Part shown: one piece after another, positions 48,948-56,479 of the stretch
Layout: each line of letters opens with the position of its first letter
Numbering within the stretch: the first letter of the stretch is position 1
NCBI GenBank assembly: GCA_024278455.1
Contig: JAJRTE010000118.1
Span: 33,521 to 97,520, forward strand
Source of the DNA: Myxococcota bacterium
Lineage (GTDB): Bacteria; Myxococcota_A; UBA796; JAJRTE01
DNA length: 64,000 bases
Reading direction: 5' to 3'
Position numbers and translations under genes: made by a program
The notes under the pieces: model-generated
What the model was told of the DNA's origin: nothing
The model's database searches: none
Seen by the model: the letters and a program-made list of their open reading frames with translations, nothing else

Positions 48948-50092
48948 TGGACTTCCTCGAGACAGTAGGCCAGGCAGGCGAACACGGCGACGGGTCGGCA
49001 GACCGGACATCGAGTGCTTGGCGCGCTGTAACCCAGGCAGGCGTGATGATGGACGTGTGGCTCGCGAGGCACCTGGGCCGGAAGCCGCGCTACCTGCCCA
49101 TCGTGCTGGCATTCATGACGTTCCGCTGCAACCTGAGTTGTCGGGCGTGCGGGGTCGAGTTTCAGCACGACGAGACGAAGAGGGAACTGACCACCGGGGA
49201 ATGGAAGCGCGCCCTGGACTCGATGGCCAGGCTTCGCACGTCGATCATTTCCATTTCCGGTGGAGAGGCGCTCCTGCGGCCCGACATCTTCGAGATCATC
49301 GCCCATGCCCGGCGGCGAGGGATCGCGGTCCACCTGTGCAGCAACGCGACCCGTATCGGTGCGCGAACGGCCCGGCGGCTCGCCGAGGCCGGAACCCACA
49401 CGGTTTCCGTCTCCCTGGATGGCTCGAGGCCCGCCGTGCATGACGCCATCCGTGGCAAGGGGTCGTTCGAGGCCACCCTGGCCGGCATCCGGGCGCTCAG
49501 GCAGCACGCGCCGGGCGTGCGTATCGGCATCAACACCCTCGTTACCACCGTCAATGCCGCCGACATGCTGCCGTTGTTGGCTCTCGCCGAATCCCTGGGT
49601 GCCCACCAGGTGAAATTCGCGCCTGTGCACACCAATCTGCTCCACAGGGACAAGCCGGTGGACGCATACGGGGACCTGATGTTTCGCACCGAGGACGAAA
49701 TCCGCGGCCTCGAGATCGAGGTGGCCCGGTTGATTCGGGCGTCGAGACGATCACGGGTCCAGGTCAATCCGGCCGCCTACCTCGAGGGGATCGCCGACCT
49801 TTACCGGACGCCCAGGCGATTCCGGTGCTTCGCCGGCCATGCCGTCTGTGCCATCGGGCCGACCGGCGAGGTGACGCCCTGCTGCGACATGTCCGGAGGC
49901 CCGAGCATCAGGACCCGGCCGCTCGAGGAGATATGGCTCGGGGACGCCTTCCACGTGCTGCGGCAGGAGGTGAGGCATTGCCGCGCGCCGTGCTGGGACA
50001 CCACCAACACCGAGCTGAGCCTGCGGTTGTCGGTACGAAACCTGCCCGCCGTGCTCCCCGATACGTGGCGGGCGCTGCGATTCTACTTCTGA
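48944..50092 (+). CDS. Radical SAM / SPASM-domain protein
   Basis: CxxxCxxC (FRCNLSCRACG), SISGGEALL, and C-terminal SPASM cysteines (CFAGHAVCAIGPTGEVTPCCDM ... CRAPCW). The ATG overlaps the GT9 stop (ATGA). Confidence 0.8.
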   Translation: MMDFLETVGQAGEHGDGSADRTSSAWRAVTQAGVMMDVWLARHLGRKPRYLPIVLAFMTFRCNLSCRACGVEFQHDETKRELTTGEWKRALDSMARLRTSIISISGGEALLRPDIFEIIAHARRRGIAVHLCSNATRIGARTARRLAEAGTHTVSVSLDGSRPAVHDAIRGKGSFEATLAGIRALRQHAPGVRIGINTLVTTVNAADMLPLLALAESLGAHQVKFAPVHTNLLHRDKPVDAYGDLMFRTEDEIRGLEIEVARLIRASRRSRVQVNPAAYLEGIADLYRTPRRFRCFAGHAVCAIGPTGEVTPCCDMSGGPSIRTRPLEEIWLGDAFHVLRQEVRHCRAPCWDTTNTELSLRLSVRNLPAVLPDTWRALRFYF

Positions 50093-50103
50093 AAGGAACA
50101 GCG

Positions 50104-51297
50104 ATGATTCCACGACGGCGAGCCTACCTGGACCCGGACGAGTTTTCCTTCGTCGCGCGGATCCTCGAAACCGGGTCAACCCCGGTCCACGCGGTGGCAC
50201 GTCTCGAGGAGGCGGTGGCGTCTCGAGTCGGCACGGCCGCAGGGGTCGCAATGAGTTCAGGACGCCGGGCGATGGTCGCCATCCTGTCCCACCTCGAGGT
50301 CGGTCCCGGGGACGAGGTGGTGATACCGGCCTACACGCTCAAAGACCTGGTACCCCTCATCCAGGGACTCGGGGCCACAGCCGTGCCTGCGGACATCGAC
50401 CCCGAAACGTTCAATGTCTCCCGGGATACGGTCGCCCCGAGGCTGACATCGAGAACTCGAGCGATCCTGGTCGTGCACCTGTTCGGCGCACCGTGCGATA
50501 TCGAGGGCATCGTGGACCTGGGACGGAACCGAGGTATCCCCGTGATCGAGGACTGCGCCCACGCTCTGGGCAGCAGTGTCCATGGCCGGCAAGTCGGCTC
50601 ATTCGGCCGCGCCGCCTTCTTCAGCTTCGAAACCACCAAGCCGGTCAACACCTTCGGCGGCGGCATGGTGGTCACGAACGATCTCGAGTTGGCAGCAGCG
50701 GTCCGATCGGCCCGCGCGGGCGCCTGCATGTCTTTCGAGGCGTTCCGCCAGAAGACCACTTCCGTGGTGCTCGAGGACCTGCTGTTCCGCACCGGGTTGG
50801 CGGCCCCATTCCTGTTCTTGCTGGCCACTCCCAGGTTCAAGAGGTGGATGAACCAGGCGTACCGGCGGTTGCAGCACGCACCCCCGGCGGACACCGCCTA
50901 CCTGCCGGTCCAGGCCGAACTGGGCCTGCGGAAGCTGGCTTCCCTCGAGACGCGGGTCGCGGAACGGGAGCAGATTGCGCTCCGGTACCGGGCATTGCTC
51001 GCCCCCCGAATCACGATCCAGAAGGTCCCGGCCGGGTGCCGGAGCACCTGGTACTTCCTCGTGGCATTGCTGCCTCGAGACGCTGCTCCCGTGCGTCGCG
51101 CGCTCCTGCTCCGCGGCATCGACGCCGGGGTCGAGGACGAGATCGCCGATGACTGCGCAGCATGGCTCGAGCGGAGCGATTGTCCAGTGGTGGCGGACGT
51201 CGCCCGCCGTGCCATCGCGCTGCCGATCTACGAAGGGTTGCGGGAACGCGACCTTCGTCAGGTGGCACACACCTTGAATACCCTGGTCGCGGGATGA
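50104..51297 (+). CDS. DegT/DnrJ/EryC1/StrS-family PLP-dependent aminotransferase (sugar aminotransferase/dehydratase)
   Basis: PAYTLKDLVPLI, VVHLFGAPCDI, VIEDCAHALGS, SFGRAAFFSFETTKP (the PLP-lysine region). Confidence 0.8.
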   Translation: MIPRRRAYLDPDEFSFVARILETGSTPVHAVARLEEAVASRVGTAAGVAMSSGRRAMVAILSHLEVGPGDEVVIPAYTLKDLVPLIQGLGATAVPADIDPETFNVSRDTVAPRLTSRTRAILVVHLFGAPCDIEGIVDLGRNRGIPVIEDCAHALGSSVHGRQVGSFGRAAFFSFETTKPVNTFGGGMVVTNDLELAAAVRSARAGACMSFEAFRQKTTSVVLEDLLFRTGLAAPFLFLLATPRFKRWMNQAYRRLQHAPPADTAYLPVQAELGLRKLASLETRVAEREQIALRYRALLAPRITIQKVPAGCRSTWYFLVALLPRDAAPVRRALLLRGIDAGVEDEIADDCAAWLERSDCPVVADVARRAIALPIYEGLRERDLRQVAHTLNTLVAG

Positions 51298-51382
51298 CGG
51301 GGAGCAAGGCGCGGGGGGCGGAGCAGGACAGGACGGCACCGGTAACCCTGAGCGCGCTGACTCGGACATGGCGGGGCGGGGG

Positions 51383-52795
51383 CTACCCGAACGCCAGCAT
51401 GGCTCGAGCGCCTCGCAAATGCACCTTCCACTCCGTCCAGGTCCTCATGCCCATGGCACGCCGGAACAGGTAGCGCGGCCTGAGGTAGAAGGCGCGATAG
51501 GAACGGTCCAGGAACGCCTGGTATTCCTCGGCGCTCAGACCCTCCGGGACGTACACCAGGGCGTTGTGATCCAACGTGGAACTCTGTTCGAAATCGAACT
51601 GGTATCCTCGAGCCGACAGCTCTTCGTAGAACGTCGTGCCCGGGAAAGGCACGAACTTGTTGAAATGGGCGAAGTCCAGGTCGAGTTCCCGGGCGAACGC
51701 CAGGGTCCGTTCCAGGGTCTCCCGGGTTTCGGCGGGTGAGCCAACCAGGAAGTCCGCGCGCACCCGCAGCCCGGCTTGCCTCGCCCATTGCACCGCGCGC
51801 CGGTTCTGCGCCGCCGTGTTACCCTTGTTCAATGTCTTCAGGATGGCGTCGTCCCCGGACTCGAGCCCGAAGAGCACCTGCCAGCAGCCGGCGTCCTTCA
51901 TCATCGAAAGCATGTCGAGGTCCACGGCGTTGACTCGAGTCAGGCAGGTCCAGGGAAGCCGGGGGCGGAAACGGCGCAATTCGCGACACAACCGCTCGAG
52001 ACGGCGGCGGTTGAGGGTGAAGGTATCGTCGAAGAAACGGATTTCCCGCGCGCCGTACTTGCCGGCCAGGAGTTCGATCTCCCCCATGACGTTCTCGACG
52101 GAGCGCTCCCGGTAGCGCTCTCCGAACACGGCCCGGTCGCAGAAGTTGCACCGGGAGGGACAGCCTCGAGATGTCATGACGTGGGCGAGGGGGAGTCGGC
52201 GCAGGGATGCCGGGCAGGGCTCGTAGGCTTCCAGCGGGGGCAGGAGGTGGCGGGCCGGGTAGGGAATCGTGTCCAGGTCTTTCACGAACGGCGCGGGCCC
52301 GGTCCAGCAGGGCTTGCCGCCGGCCTCGAATACCAGCCCGGGAATCGACTCCGGCTGCGGTCCCCCGCCCTCGAGATGCGCAAGCAAGGCGGAAAAGGTC
52401 GTCTCGCCCTCCCCCAGGACCAGGAAGTCGAACCGGCCGGATTCGATGGTCTCTTCGGGCATGGCGGTGGGGTGGGACCCGCCGGCCACGAACGCCGCGC
52501 CGGGAATGATGCGCCGGAGGATGTCCGCGGTCCTGACAGCGTTGCTGAAGGAAGGCGTGGTGACGCTGACGCCGACCACGTCAGGCCGAAAGCTGCGTCC
52601 TTCCACCGAGATAGCTTCCCACGGAAGGCCTCGAGCACAGTCCAGGATGTGGACATCGTGGCCGTCCCGCTCGGCCACGGCAGCCAGGTAGGCCAGGCCC
52701 AACGACGGAATGATGTTCTCCACCCCGGAGAAGAGCTGGCGCTGCCCGCCGATGTCGGTGGCGCCAAAGGGCACGTCCACCAGCAGCACTTTCAT
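51383..52795 (-). CDS. B12-binding-domain radical SAM protein (class B cobalamin-dependent radical SAM)
   Basis: N-terminal cobalamin-binding Rossmann-like domain (KVLLVDVP ... GLAYLAAV ... PDVVGVSVTT), then CPSRCNFC and the downstream radical SAM core. Confidence 0.85.
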   Translation of the reverse strand: MKVLLVDVPFGATDIGGQRQLFSGVENIIPSLGLAYLAAVAERDGHDVHILDCARGLPWEAISVEGRSFRPDVVGVSVTTPSFSNAVRTADILRRIIPGAAFVAGGSHPTAMPEETIESGRFDFLVLGEGETTFSALLAHLEGGGPQPESIPGLVFEAGGKPCWTGPAPFVKDLDTIPYPARHLLPPLEAYEPCPASLRRLPLAHVMTSRGCPSRCNFCDRAVFGERYRERSVENVMGEIELLAGKYGAREIRFFDDTFTLNRRRLERLCRELRRFRPRLPWTCLTRVNAVDLDMLSMMKDAGCWQVLFGLESGDDAILKTLNKGNTAAQNRRAVQWARQAGLRVRADFLVGSPAETRETLERTLAFARELDLDFAHFNKFVPFPGTTFYEELSARGYQFDFEQSSTLDHNALVYVPEGLSAEEYQAFLDRSYRAFYLRPRYLFRRAMGMRTWTEWKVHLRGARAMLAFG

Positions 52796-52999
52796 CGCTC
52801 GACCTCGTTTCCACACCGCACCCGCAACCGCTCGTGCCGGTCCCGGGGGACCCGGCTCGACCGCATACCGCCCTGCACATTCCGGGATTGTGTCCAGTAT
52901 GAGAAGACCCGGCGGTCTCCCTGGGTGCGCCTGCGTTCCGGGTGAAAGGACCTCGTCGCGGGGCTGACGCCGCCGGGACGGGGTCCTGTCGGCTCCCTG

Positions 53000-53563
53000 C
53001 TACAAGATACGGCCTCCCACGGCCTCCATCAGCCCCGCGTGGGGGGCGGGAATGACCTCGATGTTGGTGACCATGCCCGGTTCGGCGGCCTCCTCGAGGT
53101 ACCTGGCGGCCTCCTCGACCTCGTACAAGGGGCCGGTGATGAGGAAAAAGGCCTTCCCACCGAGCCCCTGGGCCAGGCGCAGATCGAGGAGCCGTACCGC
53201 GTTGTGCTTCAGCGCCTGGTCTGCCAGAACGACCGCGGCGGACACCGAGAAGGTCTCGACAATGACCACCGAATCGATCTCCTGGTCCTGGTTGCCACCG
53301 GTCATGGCGGGGAAAACCTCCTCGCTGATGTTCGGGATGAACAGGCTGTCGACTACCGCCTCGCCGCCGTAGTGCAATCCCTCTTCCATCGCCTCCTGGA
53401 CCTCGCGCTCGCCACCCGCCACGAGAACCATGTACTTGCCCGGGCACAGGCTGTGAGACTCGAGCACGGTGATCCGGGCCTTCTTGAGCATGACATCATG
53501 AACGAGGATGCCTCGAGCAACGCTGTTGGTCTCCACGAGGCCGAGTGCTGGGTATTTCATCAT
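53000..53563 (-). CDS. Tandem-BMC-domain microcompartment shell protein, PduT-like (possible Fe-S pore ligand in CPGK)
   Basis: Two BMC domains (ALGLVETNSVARGI ... ; VVIVETFSVSAAV ...). The LCPGKYMVLVAGG motif corresponds to the Fe-S-ligating Cys of PduT. 187 aa. Confidence 0.8.
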   Translation of the reverse strand: MMKYPALGLVETNSVARGILVHDVMLKKARITVLESHSLCPGKYMVLVAGGEREVQEAMEEGLHYGGEAVVDSLFIPNISEEVFPAMTGGNQDQEIDSVVIVETFSVSAAVVLADQALKHNAVRLLDLRLAQGLGGKAFFLITGPLYEVEEAARYLEEAAEPGMVTNIEVIPAPHAGLMEAVGGRIL

Positions 53564-54879
53564 CCACCCATAATGACGATACGGTCGCTCGAGACCTCCA
53601 CCACCTGTCCGGAGATGGACGCGTGGTGGTTGGCTCCGAGCTTGCCGGCTGGAATGCGCGCGATCAACTGCCCCTTGGAAACGTGATCGCCTCTCCGGAC
53701 CACCGGCTCCGAAGGCGCCCCGCTCTGCTGCGTCAGGGAGATGGCGACTCGAGGCGGGTCCTCCATCCGGGTCAGGGGCAGGTCATGGTCCTCGTAGGGC
53801 TTCAACTGGTACCGGCGCGTGATCCTGTCCTTGCCGATCTTGCGATACTTGTTGAACTCGTGGAGCTGCCTGGGGGCATGGTGGTGCGGATTCTTGACCC
53901 CGGCCGCCCGCAACCGCTCGAGGATCTCGGCGTAGGCCCGCCTGGGACTGAGATACATCGGGCAGGCAAACTCGCACAGCCCGCACTGGGAGCACAGGAA
54001 CGCCGCGGTCATCACCGACGTGGGCTGCTCCAGTTTGTATGCCAGCGTTCGCATCACCCTGTGGGGCTCGATATGGTGCCCCTGCATGTACCTCGAGCAG
54101 GCGTCAGTGCAGTAGCGGCACTGGCAGCAGGCGGCCACGCTCCGCCGGATCATCGCTTCCATGGTGATCTGCTTCTGCTGGACCACCGGGTGATCTCTCG
54201 GCAGGAACAGGATTCCGCTCGTCGTCTTGTTGACGGAAGCACCGGTGCCGACAATCCGGCCCATCATCGGTCCGCCGTCGATGATGGCGATGTCCTCCAC
54301 CGGGATCCTGGGCTGACAGCGCAGCAGAAGATCCAGCACCGGCGTGCCGATGGGCGCGATGATGACTTGCGGGTGTTCGATTTCCCCTGCCAGGGTCACG
54401 ATCCGGTCGGTCACCACACGACCGCGAGCAGCTCGAGCCACCTGGACCATGGTCAACACGTTGCTGACGACCGCGCCGACCTGGAGTGGAATGCCGCCCT
54501 CCGGGACGATTCGTCCGGTGAGGTCCGCGAGGAGTATGTGCTCGTCGCCGGCCGGGTAGGTGTTGCCCATCAGGCCAAGCTGGACGTTGCCGCGTCCGTT
54601 CAACTGCTCCGTCAGGGCCTCCACCGCTCCGTGGTAGTGTTTCTTGACCCCGATCAGGCCTCGAGACGCGCTGGTGTGGGACATGATCAGCAGCAGGCCC
54701 TCGAGGATTTCGTCGGCGTAGTGCTCCATGACCCGCTGGTCCGACGCGAGCAGGGGCTCGCATTCGGCCCCGTTGGCCAGGACCAGGTCCACCTTGGCAT
54801 CGATCTTCACGTGGGTAGGGAATCCCGCTCCGCCGCAACCGATGATGCCGGCGTCACGAACGATATCGACAAGAGACAT
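53560..54879 (-). CDS. PduS-like cobalamin reductase / RnfC-family flavin and Fe-S oxidoreductase
   Basis: GIIGCGGAGFPTHVKI (NADH/FMN-binding motif of PduS/RnfC). Two 4Fe-4S ferredoxin motifs (CCQCRYCTDAC, CSQCGLCEFACP). Its stop overlaps the PduT-like start. Confidence 0.8.
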   Translation of the reverse strand: MSLVDIVRDAGIIGCGGAGFPTHVKIDAKVDLVLANGAECEPLLASDQRVMEHYADEILEGLLLIMSHTSASRGLIGVKKHYHGAVEALTEQLNGRGNVQLGLMGNTYPAGDEHILLADLTGRIVPEGGIPLQVGAVVSNVLTMVQVARAARGRVVTDRIVTLAGEIEHPQVIIAPIGTPVLDLLLRCQPRIPVEDIAIIDGGPMMGRIVGTGASVNKTTSGILFLPRDHPVVQQKQITMEAMIRRSVAACCQCRYCTDACSRYMQGHHIEPHRVMRTLAYKLEQPTSVMTAAFLCSQCGLCEFACPMYLSPRRAYAEILERLRAAGVKNPHHHAPRQLHEFNKYRKIGKDRITRRYQLKPYEDHDLPLTRMEDPPRVAISLTQQSGAPSEPVVRRGDHVSKGQLIARIPAGKLGANHHASISGQVVEVSSDRIVIMGG

Positions 54880-54912
54880 GGATGGTGCTCCGTGTATAGC
54901 CGCTGGTTTCTT

Positions 54913-55518
54913 TTACAGAATAGCGCGGGGCGGTGCAACCGAAAAGAGGCTGTGCAGGTCGGGTCTCGGGACTTCTCCGCCAAGGGCTCTCCGGCGGAGG
55001 GCCGTGACAGGGAGACGCAGGCGTCGTCTCGCGGGAGTGATCCGAGTGGATGAGTCACCGAACCACAGTGCTCCCTGGGTGTCTCGCGCGATGAAGACAG
55101 CCTCGGGAGACAGGCCGTGCTGTGGGCCGAACGGTCCTACCACCCCGTCCTGGGGCGTGATGGCGTAGGTCAACCGAAGGTCCTGGTCGCCGCCTCCACC
55201 GGTGGCGCCCCCCTTTCTACGCTCCGATACGAGTGCCCAGATGTTGCCCCGGCTGTCCTGGCCGAGCGCGCAGATGTTCGTCTCGACGGCGTTGCTCGAA
55301 GAGACGCTTGGTGGCGAGGAAGTACCGTGGGAAATGGCCCGCATTACCCGCGGCTTGCGATGCGACCGCTCCCCGTGCGATGACGGACCGGCAAAGCACG
55401 GGACGCCTTCGAGTGCCGGTGATTTCGGGCACCAGGGCGGCGTGTCGGTGGTTGCGGACATTGGGGAGCAGGTTTGGTGTTCGGGCACACGAGGGGTGGG
55501 ACTGCGAGGAGTTCGCAC
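54913..55518 (-). pseudogene. Truncated duplicate of a fragment of the large beta-propeller gene at 56480..60067
   Basis: It encodes SSSNAVETNICALGQDSRGNIWALVSERRKGGATGGGGDQDLRLTYAITPQDGVVGPFGPQHGLSPEAVFIARDTQGALWFGDSSTRITPA, identical except for one residue to an internal segment of the 1289-aa protein. The flanks are unrelated. Confidence 0.45.
55028..55306. repeat. Copy 1 of a roughly 279-bp near-identical direct repeat
   Basis: About 99% identical to 57115-57392. The two mismatches are gggAgacagg vs gggCgacagg and ctCcgatac vs ctTcgatac. Confidence 0.85.
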
Positions 55519-55766
55519 CAGGTGTCATCCACTTCGCCGTCCGGATAGGTGAACCAACCGAAGAACAGGGTGGATTCATCTGTGCGATGAACGGACACAA
55601 GGCCAGTCAGGGCCACGTCGAGCCGGGCGATGTACAACTCGTGAATTCGTCCGCTGACGAAATCGGGGACGAAGTCCTCCACCGCCAGGGCCAACGCCCC
55701 GCCATTGGCGTCCCCCGTGTCGGGGGACAAGACGTCCTCCTCTGTTGGTGGTGTTTTCATTCTACC
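55344..55766 (-). CDS. Small hypothetical protein. The C-terminal part is possibly corrupted by the adjacent duplication
   Basis: MKTPPTEEDVLSPDTGDANGGALALAVEDFVPDFVSGRIHELYIARLDVALTGLVSVHRTDESTLFFGWFTYPDGEVDDTWCELL has good GC3 bias. The last 45 codons (proline-rich) have poor GC3 and run into the repeat boundary. Confidence 0.3.
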   Translation of the reverse strand, partial: GRMKTPPTEEDVLSPDTGDANGGALALAVEDFVPDFVSGRIHELYIARLDVALTGLVSVHRTDESTLFFGWFTYPDGEVDDTWCELLAVPPLVCPNTKPAPQCPQPPTRRPGARNHRHSKASRALPVRHRTGSGRIASRG

Positions 55767-56145
55767 CAAGCCCTGGGAGAAGTCTCAAGGGTTTGCTGGT
55801 TGTTTTGGTCTGGTGCCGGGAGAGCCGGGCAAGGCGGGCGTTGGGTACGTGGGACAGTCCAGGTCAAGCGGCTCGTACCCCCCTTTTGAAAGTGTCTCGA
55901 GAATCCCTCTGGGGTCGTCCAACCGCCATGGGAAAGGTTTCGGACCGAGGGCAGACCGGTAGAGGAGCGGCCCGAGCGGGCTGTTCGGATTCGGAGGAGG
56001 ATGCGGGGGGCTGGTCATCCCAGTGGGTCAGGATGTGAGGAGATCGAACCCATGGTCTGCTGATAGAGCCGCCTCCGTGTCTTCGGGCGGTAGCGGCTCG
56101 AGCGCCGGTTTCAAGAATTCGTTCTCGGCGACCACCCCAACGCCC

Positions 56146-56370
56146 CTACCCGTCCAGTCCTCCCTGCGCCAGCAGGACCGACCGGTAGTCGTCGTCGCAC
56201 CGCAGGCAGGTGTCGAACCAGGCTCCCTCGGCCACAAGGCGATGCTTGTCCTCGAGGAGGTCTGCCCAGTCGACCTGTGCCACCAGGCCAAGGCGGTGGC
56301 CACCTGGCACATCGTTGACACAGGAGAGGAGGTCGCCGTCCGACGTGATGAAGGTGACCGACGCGAACAT
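56146..56370 (-). CDS. Small hypothetical protein (74 aa)
   Basis: Strong GC3 bias throughout. A GGAG sequence lies 10 nt upstream of the ATG. Sequence MFASVTFITSDGDLLSCVNDVPGGHRLGLVAQVDWADLLEDKHRLVAEGAWFDTCLRCDDDYRSVLLAQGGLDG. Confidence 0.4.
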   Translation of the reverse strand: MFASVTFITSDGDLLSCVNDVPGGHRLGLVAQVDWADLLEDKHRLVAEGAWFDTCLRCDDDYRSVLLAQGGLDG

Positions 56371-56479
56371 CCCACATCTCGAGCAGGCTCCTGGTCGCGG
56401 GCGTGCGTCGCCGTGTCCTCCCCGGCCGTGCTTCCCCCGCCAGAAAAAGGAGAATCCGCGTGCCTAGGACCATCTCTTG

